From Octopus bimaculoides (lineage: Eukaryota): a DNA stretch of 53,339 nucleotides. Numbering within the stretch: the first letter of the stretch is position 1; every line of letters begins with the position of its first letter. The stretch lies in the NCBI RefSeq assembly GCF_001194135.2, contig NC_068982.1, positions 153,440,843-153,494,181 on the forward strand, given 5' to 3'. Made by a program: the position numbers and the translations under genes. The notes under the pieces were generated by a model. It saw only the letters and a list, made by a program, of their open reading frames with translations, searched no databases and was not told where the DNA came from. This document shows positions 25,148 through 38,549 of this stretch, one piece after another.

Positions 25148-25312
25148 GGCGCAGGAGTGGCTGTGTGTTAAGTAGCTTGCTTACCAACCACATGGTTCTG
25201 GTTTCAGTCCCACTGTGTGGCACCTTGGGCAAGTGTCTTCTACTATAGCCTCGGGCCGACCAAAGCCTTGTGAGTGGATTTGGTAGACGGAAACTGAAAG
25301 AAGCCCGTCGTA

Positions 25313-25349
<37 letters not shown>

Positions 25350-25520
25350 NNNNNNNNNNTACGTCCCCGTAACTTAGCGGTTCGGCAAAAAGAGACCGAT
25401 AGAATAAGTACTAGGCTTACAAAGAATAAGTCCTGGGGTCGATTTTCTCGACTAAAGGCGGTGCTCAAGCATGGCCGCAGTCAAATGACTGAAACAAGTA
25501 AAAGAGTAAAGAGTAAAAGA
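25148..25520 (+). mobile_element. tRNA-SINE family A, full-length head, internal (TA)n spanning a small gap
   Basis: GGCGCAGGAGTGGCTGTGTGTTAAGTAGC head; 3' part ACGTCCCCGTAACTTAGCGGTTCGGC..GCATGGCCGCAGTCAAATGACTGAAACAAG(TAAAAGAG)n. Confidence 0.94.
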
Positions 25521-26933
25521 ATATATGTTAAAATGAAGAAGCGGAAAGCAGATAGGCATGACTTCATACGTGGACGACAGACAACATCGATACGTTTGAC
25601 GGGTCAAGACGGAGAAGATAAAAATGTGAAGAATGCTCATGGAAGAAGAAAATAAGAGAATAACTGAATAACATAAAAGGTAAATAACAAATATCATTTA
25701 AACGATATTTTACGGACAATAAACAATCATAAGAATAAAGGTATGCCATAATTCTATTCGGTGTAGTTCATACAACTGAATAAATGAAGAAGATAATGTA
25801 TAAAACCTAGCGCGAGAATGTTAGGTCGAAATACATAATTATTATTGCAATTGTTATAAACAAAGTTTTACAAGAACGATTGTTATAAGATACTCGAAAG
25901 TAGGTTTAGATAAAACCAAATTCTTGTTCAATAGAAGTGGTGATTATAGGTCTTTTATTGGGTGTGGGGATCTGGTCCTTTTCATTCGCAAAATGCGCCC
26001 CCTTTTAATTTTGCTCAGATTGCTTTCAATTTTGGTGTGTCGATGCAACTTTGAATTTTGATTACGATCAACCAATTACTTTATCTCGTAAATTAAAGAA
26101 TCGGATGTTATTTGGAATTAAAGTTGGGAAATTTGGGTAACTTTAGCCAATCAACAGACAGCGTGACATTAGCAGCTTGTTACCATGTTAATCGCACGAT
26201 GTGTTGTGGTTCACTTCACTGTTGTCTGTGCCGCACGTTGTTCATATATGTTTCACACGCGCGCGCACACACATACACGCGCGCGCGCGCGCTAATATAT
26301 TGATAATGTACACAAAATACATGAGAGGTATACATGATATCGAAATACGCATAAAGTAAACACATGCAGACAAATATATTAATATACCAAATAAAAAAAA
26401 TAATAAAAACACACAAGTAATGAAAAGAAAAAAGAAAGAGTAAGATGATACATGTTGATATTTCTAGGTACTTCTGTTTATTTAGAAACCTTCAATGAAC
26501 AGGTCATGTCACAGACACTAAACTATAAATTTCAACCTTAAAGTTGACACGGGTCCTCTAAACGCAGAAAATTTCTGTCTCTCTAATGGCTAAAAATACA
26601 GAGTTTTTCCGATTTTTAAACCTCAGTAACTTTTCCCTCCAATTTTTTTTCTTCACAAAATCATACTTTCATAGCAATGAGACTGGAAGACTACATAATT
26701 ATAGCTAATTTTCAGATTTTTTACTTCCTTTAAAAGATGCATATTTTGCGATTGAAAAATCTTGATCCGGGTGTAGTAGCGTAAAACGCTTTGTAGTGAA
26801 AGAGTTTAATATAGAGTTGTACTTACGTAGAAGTGGGTAATCACAACTTACAATACTGAAAAAGTATTTAGGCAGAGCTTGCAAACAAAATGGATGCTTA
26901 AACCATAAACCCGCACACTTAACGCTCTTCTTA

Positions 26934-27150
26934 CGAGGGGGTGCTAAGAAGTTCCTGGCTTTTGGTAAAAGAAGATACAGGAGGATCAGTTAATTATGAT
27001 TTTATTCAACATATTCCCCTCTCGGATTCACAGACTTACTGCAGCAGTTCTTCAGTTTTTCGAAGCCCTGTAAAAGAACTTGGAAGGATGGGCCTCCAGC
27101 CAGGTCTTTCGTGATACTCTTACAGCCAAGAACCTTTTATCACACCCTCG
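26934..27150 (-). mobile_element. Mariner-derived MITE (217 bp) with TIRs and TA target duplication
   Basis: TA|CGAGGGGGTGCTAAGAAGTTCCTGGCT ... AGCCAAGAACCTTTTATCACACCCTCG|TA. Minus strand keeps a transposase C-terminus, GLRKTEELLQ in one frame and EKLKNCCSKSVNPRGEYVE* in another. Confidence 0.88.
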
Positions 27151-28679
27151 TATATCATCCAGGACGTTTTACTTGTATATAAATACCTTTGCTAATATGA
27201 ATTTTGGGCTCACCTATAAGGTCATGGATTGGGGTAATCTGGGCAAATCCGGGATAGGAGCGATAAAGTATTAGTATTTCAATTCGTTTTAGGAAGAGGA
27301 GGATTCATTCTATTGAGAGATGTACAAAAGTGGTAATTAAAGGGAAATTAATTGCCATCAGTAATGAACAGAGTATTAATGATCTTATTAGAAATATGAA
27401 CGGAGGTACTTGCTCATGCACGGTTGTAATCCTAGCGTCAGAGCTCTAGAACATTTCGTCAGTAAACGGGTCTTGATTATAGTAAAAGAAGTGATTGGTG
27501 AATTTATCTTTATTTGAGAAGTGATTGGAAATTTTAATGGAAGCACTATTAACAACACTACTTATGACTGATCTCTGATGTTTAGATTTAATATTAATAT
27601 ATTAATGGCATTCATTAGTTTTATGAAATGGAAAATATATATATGCGAATGTAATACTAAAGTAACGTCTAAGAAAGTAGTTAATTTAAAACTGTTATCT
27701 AAGTTTACGGATAAAGAGAATTTACTGAAAAAATATCAATTGCTGTATATCAGATGTATATATGTGTATATTGATATATTTGTATAACACGCGCACACGC
27801 ATACGCGCGCGTGCACACACAGCCACACACACATACATAAAACAAAAGGATAGATATAGATATTAAAGATATATGTTCTGTGTAGATGAATGTGTATGTA
27901 TATATGTATATGCATTTGAGAGTATTTGTAAGAATGCATCAGTAAATTCAGAGGCATACGACTAGAAAGAAATGTCTTCAAAATCGAAGATAAATTTATC
28001 TGATTATGACCGTAATCAGAAGAATCTTTTGTTCATTCTGTATTCTAAAACATCTCATTGTTTTTTATTAAACATTGAATGAAGTAACTGAATTTCTCTA
28101 CCCAAGATGGCGAACGGACATTAGGAAAATAACATTTCACATACACCATTAGAGTGAATTATATTAGCTATTTCAATTACAACTTCAGAATTATTTTGAA
28201 TTTCTTACTAATTCAATCTTTTTGTATATCTTCAACACACAAAAATTGGAATCGAGTATCTTATCCATAACTGTTGATTCAGGAATTGTGATGAATCATA
28301 TTTCATACTGATCTTCAAATTGAACAGTTCCTAATTGATGTATCAGTTCTATACTGTTTAATGGAATCCTATATCCTATCGGACAGGAATTGTTTTCCAA
28401 ATATTCTAAAACTTGATCTAAATACAATTATAATCAGTTCTTTTTCTTCTCAAATAGAAGAAAGAAGTATGTATTTTTTCATATAATTTATATTTTGTCA
28501 TAAATTTTCATTAACTTTTACGACCTTCGTTTTAAAACATCAGCGTTTTCTGTTTCCTAAAATATCTAAATATGCAGAAAATAAAGTAAATCTATTGTTT
28601 TGGATTAGTATAATTATTCGAAATGTATGCAAGTAACTGAACACCACTAAAGTGACAACTGCATTTAATGAAATATTTT

Positions 28680-28720
28680 CTTTATATATATATACTTGCA
28701 TGCATACATACATACACACA

Positions 28721-28762
<42 letters not shown>

Positions 28763-28957
28763 TATANNNNNNNNNNNNNNNNNNNNNNNNNNNNNNNNNN
28801 NNNNNNNNNNNNNNNNNNNNNNNNNNNNNNNNNNNNNNNNNNNNNNNNNNNNNNNNNNNNNNNNNNNNNNNNNNNNNNNNNNNNNNNNNNNNNNNNNNNN
28901 NNNNNNNNNNNNNNNNNNNNNNNNNNNNNNNNNNNNNNNNNNNNNNNNNNNNNNNNN

Positions 28958-29006
<49 letters not shown>

Positions 29007-29050
29007 GAACGTATGAATGTATACATATATATATATGTATGAACGTATGA

Positions 29051-29098
<48 letters not shown>

Positions 29099-29170
29099 TT
29101 GCATATGTATATATATATATTGAGAGAGAGATGTGTGTGTGCGTGAGTGTGTGTGCGTGTGCGTCTATGT
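28680..29170. repeat. Compound CA/TA/TG microsatellite around a gap
   Basis: Read directly. Confidence 0.95.
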
Positions 29171-29384
29171 GTGTGTACAAGAAAAGAGTGAAATAAATAG
29201 ATAAGGAGATTGATAAAGACATATATAGATATTGCTTTGGACAAAGGCCAGGTTGTTAGAAATAATACTTTGAAACGATTTTACATCCATGCATTAGAAT
29301 CCTTAAAACCAAAGACTAGGATAAATATAGCATACCTTAATCACTTCTCCAGAATATATTGCTTTCATATTTTTGCACAAGGTC

Positions 29385-29550
29385 ATCAACTCCGGGAGAG
29401 TGGATATGTTGATTACATCGACCCTGGTACTTATTTTATCGACTATAATGAAAGGTAAAGTCAACCTCAGCGGAATTTGAACTCGGAAGCTAAAGACGGA
29501 CGAAATGCTGCTAAGCTCGGTGCAATAATGCTTCAGCCAGCTCACCGCCT
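29385..29550 (-). mobile_element. Family B SINE
   Basis: Reverse complement of AGGCGGTGAGCTGGCTGAAGCATT..GCTTAGCAGCATTTCGTCCGTC..GAGTTCAAATTCCGCTGAGGTTGACTTTACCTTTCAT..GTCGATAAAATAAGTACCAG. Confidence 0.85.
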
Positions 29551-30319
29551 TACTTTTTAGAGGATATAGTATTAGTAAAATTCATAACAAATGCAACAGC
29601 CGCAACAGCAAGCATAACAGCAGTAACAATACTATTACAAATAACTGTACATAGGCAGATGACGAAGAATATTTGGAGTCAGTTAATTAAGGTGAGCCCA
29701 GCATTTCCCACGTACATTACTTTATCAACCCCAGAGGCTGAATAGGCCATGTTGATCTCCCCCTAAGAGTCGGCACTTTCATGTTCATAAGTATATCTCG
29801 ACCCAGCAATACTTCCCCCATTTAACACTGCCATGCGAGGGAATTCTGAAATTTTCTCGAAACAAAAGTCCCCAAGGACAGACCAACCATTTGCTTTTCA
29901 TCGATAACGACGCCCGGCACATCGATGAGTAGCGACCTATCTACTGAAATACAGCATGCATTTGTATAGAAGAGAGTAGCACGTGATAATCTTCGTACGT
30001 CAAAGATTGAATTGTGGCTTTGCACTCACTTTGGGTTTCTAATACTGGGGTCTATTCAACAGCTTTCAGTTCTTCAAGTCACAGAGCGTACACCTTAGAT
30101 CTTGCAACATGCATTGCCACATTAATGGAGTGCAAATCCTACTGCATCCATTTAATTACATTAGCGCCTCATAAAAGTTTATAAGCGTTCTGGTCTCAGT
30201 CAAATTCAAGTTGCATACACTTCATTCATGTCGAAGATGTGTACAGAGGTTCCAAATGATTCTAGTCTCACAAATGGTCAATGCATATATTTCCGGTGAA
30301 ATGAGGTCATTACGCCGAC

Positions 30320-30460
30320 CCGATTACTTGAGCGGTATTAATTTTATGAACCCCAAAAAGATAACAGGCGAAGTAGACCGCGGCGGTACGTAAAGCCGGA
30401 CGAAATACTGTTAAGCATTTTGCCCTGAGTGCTATCGATGGTGCCAGCACTCCGCCTTGA
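30320..30460 (-). mobile_element. Decayed family B SINE
   Basis: Reverse complement of AAGGCGGAGTGCTGGCACCATCGATAGCACTCAGGGCAAAATGCTTAACAGTATTTCGTCCGGC. Confidence 0.7.
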
Positions 30461-30461
30461 T

Positions 30462-30470
30462 AGTAATAAC

Positions 30471-30534
<64 letters not shown>

Positions 30535-30608
30535 GTGGTGGTGGTGGTGGCGGCTTCGGCGGCGGCGACGACAACGACGACGATGATGATGATGACGACG
30601 ATGATGTT
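30462..30608. repeat. Compound trinucleotide microsatellite (AAT)n-(GGT)n-(GGC)n-(GAC/GAT)n
   Basis: Read directly. Confidence 0.97.
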
Positions 30609-32669
30609 GATCGAGGGAGAGATAATCATAATTTAGCTTTGTTGTTTTTCTAATTGATTTCTAAGGATAGAAACAATACTTGTGTTTTATTTACTCGACA
30701 TTATTGATCTCTTTGTTCATTAATTTGTATAATTGTTATACATAATAAACGGAAACAAGTCACCATAGACGCCTTCTCTGTTGACTTGTCTGTTCATTTA
30801 TCTCGAATACCATTTGATCTTCATCAAGAGAACAGTGAAAAATTATTCCACTATTCTCTTTTCGCATCTCAAAACTTCCTTCATCCTCCTTGCCTCACTT
30901 TCTCCTTTCGTATCTCCCTATTAAAATCAGCATTTATTCATGCATCTGTATATTACTATTTATATTTGGACTGTTTTACACGTATACTCAGTGGGGAAGA
31001 TTAATACAAATATATTAAAATTCAAATATAACGAATGTGTTCTGCGATTGCATAACCTTAAACTTTTCCTAGAGCAGTTCCGGTTATCTTCATTTTTATA
31101 AATGAAATCTTTACTCATTGCTCGGATAGTAGAATTTATTGCAATTGAGAGATCATTTCCGAATAGTAATTTGGGATGGTAAAATCTACATTTATTATAA
31201 GTGTTGCCGAATCTCGATCACTAAAGTCATTCTTAGTTTAATAGCTATTCGTAATACATAATTTTCAGAAACTTGTGTCCTATCATTGATTCTTTTGTGT
31301 GCACATTCCAGTAGAAACCATATCTTAATGTCCTACAAATATTGGTGATTTTTACATTTGTATCTCCTGATTGCAATGCTTGTACAAATTGAATAATTAC
31401 AACTTTATGCATCCAAATTGTTGCATCCGAATTCTACTGCACACAGTTATAGTAATAACATTTATTTCATAGTTTATTGGTATGTCTATAACATCAGGCA
31501 TTCTTTCTATTACATGGACGCCTTAAGTGACGAAATCCCAAATGGTTTTGATGTCCTTAGGTATGATTTACCTATACTACTGGCGTTCATATTATTTCAA
31601 CGTAAGTATTATTTTGTACCTTGCACATAATTCATAATAGATTATTTGTGCCATAACGTCATGCATTATACTTTACTTCTGTTTCTGTGCTTTAGAAGGT
31701 GTATACTTTCACTGTGTTTTCCAAACATATTTAGTCGTGATAGAGCGATTATATTAGTATCAAATTATCATGGTAATTGTCCTCAGAGCATGATTCTATG
31801 CTGCAAGTAGTGGAGTTTTAATCTAATAACAGAAGTAATATGACCAAGATATATTTACTATAAAGTGTTCTATGCAGTTTCTTATCAGTCCCCAACCACA
31901 TATTTTTGCTCCAGAATATGGACACTTTTCCATTATCTTCACCATTTTTGTGTATGTTTATATCACCTCGGAATTCTGTAGCGGATGTAGGTTCGCTGAT
32001 CAGATTTTGAAGAAGAAAGTAACACGGTCTATTCAGTGAAACGTATAAAAGAATGTTGCGATAAAAAGGTGGTGATTTAAACTTTTAAGACTTTTGTGAT
32101 TATATTTCAAAGTATTCAAATGATACAGGCCTAACAATGGACAGGCATGACAGTTTTAAAATGGAACACAAACAGAAATATCTTTATTAAAGACTCGATA
32201 AAAGAGAGGTGTCCTGTTATAGTTACAAAATACTGTGCAAACTAAATTTATGAAACAATCACTGAGTTACTCATATTAGTTTTGGAAATGTTTCATGATA
32301 AAGCAAATTTTATCTTGGTCATTTTAATTTGAAACAATCAAAAGATATGATTTGCGAAAAATATTCAAAAATAGATTGCTTAATGACGCATTCGAAAGAA
32401 CTTAGTTGTATGGATATGCGCTCACCGAATGATATTAACAGAGTGTAGCAGGCCTAAGGCACACTACGCAGGAACATTTCCTCAACATACATAGCGACTA
32501 ACACTTTTGATGTGTGGTATGTAAAAAAATACTCAAAGTCCTCCGTTTGATCCGGTGAACTTAGTAATATTGCACACAACAACAAAATCACATCTTTCAA
32601 AGGTTGTTTAGATGTAATTATCTATAAACTAACAGAAAACTTTTATCAATGAATTTTAATTTATTTTAC

Positions 32670-33527
32670 AAAATATCACTTCTCATTTTAACAGATACAT
32701 TTACCAATATTACATAAAAATATCTTGGAATACTAAAGAGTAAATATATTCAATAAAATCGTCATTGGCTTCAACCACGACCTCCAGTAACTTCGGGATC
32801 TCTCGCAACTCTTCTGGAAGGTCTCCTTGTTGAAGTTGGTGAATGCTGTCATAATCCTTGCCTTCAGTTCATCTTTGGTGTTACAAAGAGTTTTGTTAGT
32901 CTCTCGCTCAACCACCCCCCACACAAGGGGGTGTAGTCTGGGTAGTTAGATGGCCTGATGTTAGGAGTGGTTGGTCGCAGAAATAATCTGACAGACATGA
33001 TTGGGTTCTCCTGCTTTTGTGGAATGGTGCAGAGTCCTGATTCCAGACATAGGATCTACGAGCAGCCACTTTCTTAAACCTGGGCAGCACTAGCTCCACC
33101 AGGCACTTGTAGCCCTCCGTGCTGAGTGTGAGGCCATGTGGGAAGATGAATGGAGGCATAAAGTCGCATCACTAGTGATCACACCAAACATCATGATGTT
33201 GACTGGATGTTTGACTTTTGTTACTCTCTTTACATGTTTTGGGAACACGGCAAGCCAACGGTTGTTCTGAGTGTTCACTATCTGATCCTGGCAGAAATTG
33301 TTCTCACCTGAGAAAAACCAAAGCATGTTCGGTTAGAAGATTGGTTGAGTTTGTTCAAAAGCTTCGTGGCGCGGTCTTTCCTCGTGCCCTTGATGGCTTG
33401 GGATAAAAATTGGCCCCTTCTCAACTTGTATGAGGAACACAAAATGTCTTCACGCATTACGGGCCTGATAAGAAACTCAGGCGCTTCAATGTCTCTTCCG
33501 GTAGACCTGATTGACCCTCCAGGTGAT
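32670..33527 (-). mobile_element. Tc1/mariner superfamily transposon fossil, maT (DD37D)-type transposase
   Basis: Frameshifted minus-strand ORFs: SYKLRRGQFLSQ..LLNKL, LWFFSGENNFCQDQIVNTQNNRWLA, MMFGVITSD, MPPFIFPHGL, YVWNQDSAPFHKSR, WGVVERETNKTLCNTKDELKARI. Confidence 0.9.
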
Positions 33528-33529
33528 TC

Positions 33530-34350
33530 AGGTCTCACATACAATTACGCACTACCAAGCCCAGAGGAAGTTTTTGGTAAACTAAACGGAGAGAAAATGT
33601 TTTCGAAGTTAGACCTCTCAGAGGCGTACCTTCAAATTCAGTTTCATTGCACTCATCTACTAACAATCAACACACCATTGATTGTACAAGTTCAAACGAT
33701 TGCCGTTTGGCGTAAAAGTGGTACCTGCTATATTCCAACAAATAATGGATGCGAGGTTAAGTGATTGCGACTTCTCCATCGCATGCTTAGATGACATTTT
33801 GATAGAGTGCGAGTCTCAGGTAAAACATGTTGAACACATAAAGAAAGTATTCGAGAGAATAAATGAATACGAACTAAAACTGACAGGCGGAAAATGCAAA
33901 TTTTTGATGGAAAAAGTAAAATACTTAGGTCAAGTAATCGACCAAAGTAGACGCAGACCGGACCCATCAAGTGCGATGGCAAAACGAAATATGCCGCCCC
34001 TGACGAACGTGACAATGTTACAAGCATTTCTAGGCTTGGTAAATTAGTACCATGTATATATACCAAATATGCATACGGTAAGGGCACCACTTAATGAATT
34101 ATAAAAAATTGATGTGGACAGAGAAATGCCAGAAAGCATTTAACGAGTTAAAAAATGTGTTAACTTCAGACTTTAATCTTGCGCATTTCGACCCGAAGTT
34201 AGAGATAACACTAGCTACAGATGCTAGCGAGTAAAGCACATTACTGCCAGCAGAAAAGAGTTATAGCCAATTTGCAAAAGAGGTGTTTATTATTATATTT
34301 GGTGTGAAAACATTTCACAGGTCCATTCACGGTCGACGTTTTTGGTTGCA
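33530..34350 (+). mobile_element. Gypsy/Ty3 LTR retrotransposon fossil (RT plus partial RNase H)
   Basis: YALPSPEEVFGKLNGEKMFSKLDLSEAYLQI, YKFKRLPFGVKVVPAIFQQIMD, ACLDDILI, KCKFLMEKVKYLGQVI, LQAFLGLVN, TLATDAS, FGVKTFHRSIHGRRF. Confidence 0.95.
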
Positions 34351-34392
34351 AAATACATCGCTGGAAATAAGAGTAAGAAATACTCTTAATGA

Positions 34393-34599
34393 TGTTGGAA
34401 GCGTGCAAATGTATACACACATGCGGAACAGGGGAGGTAACCGCCTTATGACCGACTCAATGATCCCCAGACTAGACTTCTATTTTCGCTAGTTCTGTAG
34501 GCATTGTCAATGAGGACTGGTCGAACGACACATGCTGTTACTGTCGATGCCTACATCTTTTCAATTAAAGTTGATTCGAATTAAACTATAGCAGCAACA
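34393..34599 (+). repeat. Candidate 3' LTR of the Gypsy element
   Basis: Starts TGTTG (34393) and ends CAACA (34599), with AATTAAA-type signals near the end; lies just after the pol fossil. No second LTR in the window to confirm it. Confidence 0.35.
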
Positions 34600-34734
34600 A
34601 CAACAGCAACAAACCTCAAACTAATTTTCGCTTTACACCTTATTTTTGTTAGCACAATCTAGGTAAAACTTTCACCCTGCCTCTATTCATAGATGTTACT
34701 GATATACGGGAAATATGTGAAATTAGAAAATATG

Positions 34735-34855
<121 letters not shown>

Positions 34856-36969
34856 CACATATACCGAGTAATTTAAAGAAAATAAATATTTTTGCTTAAA
34901 ACATACTGATCATAATATTTGAAATATTTTCCATGCCAGCAGACAATGGATTTCAATCTAAATTTGCTATATATCTGTTACTTATCAACATTTCACAGTC
35001 GTCTTATTTGCAGTTCACCCACAAACATCCTGTAATGACACACCAGTTTTTTTTCTTTTCTTTTCTTTTTTTTTTCAATTGAAGTGAGAGACGTAAATGT
35101 AACTGAGTCGACTTGTCATCCTAATTTTTTCGCACCTAATTGTAAACCGCATGTAAACAGTTGCTAATACGATTAGACATTTACTGACTATCAACCTCAT
35201 TTTGCTTTCTGGTATCATCTATTCTTGTTGATTGGCTTGGTCTTCAATCGTCATTAAATGTCTTCTTTATAGAAACGTAAATAGAAATTATTCCGAAAAG
35301 AAATTGTTTCTAAATATATAATGTGTTCCTCTCTATTAAATCACTGACCTATCTAAATTATTGGCATTTAATGTTTTAAAATGCATTTCGGTAAACATAG
35401 TCATATCATTCCAATGTGAATGCATTACTCACTTGGTTCTTCAGTAATTTCTATATGTACTGTTTTTTGCGTTTACTAAGTCTTTTGGTCTAGTCATCTT
35501 TAAAGTATGAGTATTTCATTCGGTAGTAAATCATAATTTCTTCCCAAGCATAATTGCAGCCAAAACTGGTTAAATGTTTCTCGTAATGAACGTTAATAAA
35601 CGTTAATAATGTTTTCCAATATTAATTTTTGTTTGTTTACTGAAACAACCTAGTTTCTATTACATGAGGCATTCCAAAAATGTAAGGGAGGCTATACAAG
35701 CAATTCATATGTGCTATCTTTTGCTGAGTAGGTTTAAGTGTCCTACGTAATATATGAAACGGAGTATTCCATTAAAATACAGTCCTTACACAATGTTGCG
35801 AATGTTACCTAGATTTTCTCATACAATCCTTTGAAGTAATTTAGATACATTGCTAAAATCATCTTAATTTTTACTAAGAAACTAATATTGAACGTGGGGA
35901 CTAGATGATGTGTTCGTTATTCAATTTTTACAAATGCAGTTTTGAGGTAAGTAAATTTACTCGATATCAGCTTAAAACTGAAGACATCATCGAAGCATTA
36001 AGTATAAATCTTGCTCAAATCCAAAACAGACAATCAGTTTAAAGACGATGCTTTTTGTAATCAAATTATTTCAGCAATCAAAAACTCATTACTACAATTC
36101 TGCAATTTTCAGTGGCTTGCATGGAAAGTGATTACTACCGTTAGGTTATAGTAAAGGTTCCTACCAAGTATTATGTATAGATCAGTAACATCTGATGAAG
36201 ATCGAGGACCAAAGCGATGGAAATGAAATTTAGATATTAAAACAACTGCCATCACTAAAGGTGACGTTAATAGTTCGAAGAAATATGATCGTATTTGAAA
36301 GGGCTTAGGAAAAAATCTCCATACATTAACCATTTTCTTGCAATGGCGATGAAACTGTTTTTCTAACTTGCTCTTATTCTTTATAGAATTATGTTTCATT
36401 TTTGCTGCGCATAGCATTACTTAAGATAGGTTTTGATCCTAACCGCCTTCAAGCGCAGTAAACCTGAGATCTCTTAAATCGGCAGAAAATGAACAAAAGT
36501 AGCTTGTGATGTTTTACGAAGTTTAGGATTTCTATGCTTTGATTTATTTCACCAAACGTAAAATACTGCCGTTATAAACAATAAGACACTGATTTTAAAA
36601 ATCTCTCTCATTTTGCTTCTTATATTTCTTCAATTAGATTCCAAGTAAGTGCTCTTTGAATCATAGTCATATGATTAGGTATTTGGCTTTCAAACTACCT
36701 AATTTACGTTGTCACACTGCACAGCTATATAAGCGATTGTCAATTACTATAGAATCAGCCATTTTTAATGATATTTGGCAGACGGAAACTAAATTGAAGC
36801 CCCACTCTCTTCCTACTAATCACAATAGTTCTGAAAAAGAAACGGTTCAAGTATATTTCTTTTTACCTCTCTAATTTGTTTCAAATATCTAAAACATAAC
36901 TCTTCTACAAAGTGATTGGTGTCCAACTTTAGAGAACAATACAAATTTCCGGCAAATGTAAAGTCAATA

Positions 36970-37100
36970 GACGTGACTTCAGTACTTAACTAATATATTG
37001 TTTGCCGACCAAAGAATGATGAAAGACAAAATTGGACTAGGTGGAGTTTGAACTCACAATGTAAAAGGCTATAATTAAATGCTGCTGTGCGTTTTGAAAG
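36970..37100 (-). mobile_element. Decayed family B SINE remnant
   Basis: Plus strand GACCAAAGAATGATGAAAGACAAAATTGGACTAGGTGGAGTTTGAACTCACAATGTAAA is the reverse complement of the B box and central domain. Confidence 0.5.
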
Positions 37101-38485
37101 AAACTGTAGATTTAACATCATAAAAGTGATGTAGAAATATATACAAGAGCGAAAACACAGTACTTCCATGGAAGTCTTTCATCATTGTCAAAGGCAATTT
37201 CAAAATTTTGATGCATTGAAATCGTTTGCCAATGAGTTTTTTTATACTAGTGAAAAAGGCACAAGTTTACTCCCACAATACAAAGTCTTAGCATTCTCTA
37301 TATTCACTGCACAACAGTGTTTCGACGAAAGAAGCTTTATTTCTTTCTAAATGTATTCTATGCTTATTGGAATTAACTCTCCAAATTTTGGCGAGCCGCT
37401 GACACATACCGTTAGTTTGAAGTTAACCGCTTCTTATCCGGATAAGACTACTCAGTAACTTCTATATTGTATATGTCATATTGTATCCCTTACTTATTCA
37501 TCCATAAATAATTTCACTGGAGTTATTTTACAAAGCTCTTTTAGTTACGTGTGTGTGCACGCGCGTGTGTGTATGCGTGCGTGTATGCGTGTATATGTGT
37601 GTGTTTGTGTGTGTGAGTATATCTGTGTATGAGCGTTTGAGTGTGTAACATTAAATACACTAAAGCTATAATTATAGAAATGCATGATGAACGCATTTTC
37701 CTTTTATCTAAACACAAAATCGAAGATGCAATGAAAATGCAAGTGTTTGCATTACAATACAATATTAATCTTATTGTTAATATTCACACCTTCGAGTGTA
37801 GGTAGCAGATGTAATTCAAGGATGCCAAGGTGAACGTAGTCGGAGTAAAACATGGGACAGGAATGTACAAAGACATATCCATCAATCAACTATAAAAATT
37901 GTTACAGTTAAGATGAAAGATAAAAGCATAATGTGTGTGGGAGGAAGGAGGATATGAACAAAGATACGTACATTACATGAAACAAACACAATTATAACGA
38001 CAATTATGATAGAAAATTAAAGTATTGTGGGGAGGAGGTCAGGTAGAATCTATCAGGAGAGAAAACTGAGTGCATGATGGAAACATATGAAACATGCAAT
38101 TACATACACACATGGATATACATATATAAGTATAGATAGATAGATAGATAGATACATACATACATACATACATACATACATACACGCGAAGGCATTCGAG
38201 CTTATCAATTACAACACTCATATCTTCTCACTTCCATCGCATAAAATAATCATTACCCACTTTCTGTATTTAACACCGAAATAGAAAACCGCACGCGCGA
38301 AAGAAGTGATTAAGTTGCACTTCAAAACGTTAAAAGGACGCAGGAAATGCGATAGCATGTGAGCAGTGTCATTTTACTGGGTGCTGTTATTTATACAACT
38401 TTACCCAGTGAATTAATTCTTAAGTGTTCTGCAAAAACTCAACAAAAATGTCTTACTTGGAAATCGATTTTATTACATAATTCTC

Positions 38486-38549
38486 GTGATACAATGTGAT
38501 ACAATGTGATACAATGTGATACAATGTGATACAATGTGATACAATGTGA
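38486..38549. repeat. Perfect decamer tandem repeat (ACAATGTGAT) x ~6
   Basis: Read directly. Confidence 0.97.

Noticed and set aside
25138-25523. 10-bp direct repeat TAAAAGAATA flanking the SINE as a TSD
   Set aside because: The family tail itself is (G)TAAAAG(AG)AATA-like in the other copies, so the match cannot be separated from the tail.
28103-28112. Perfect YY1/Kozak-like CAAGATGGCG
   Set aside because: The ATG frame stops after five codons and there is no CpG-rich context. A single 10-mer is not enough.
36192-36223. CTGATGA...GAAA with an ATCG/CGAT stem
   Set aside because: The base of stem II does not pair (A/G), and no stem III, NUH or stem I follows.
38486-38549. Regular repeat that might suggest a CRISPR array
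   Set aside because: Head-to-tail 10-mers with no spacers, in a eukaryotic context.
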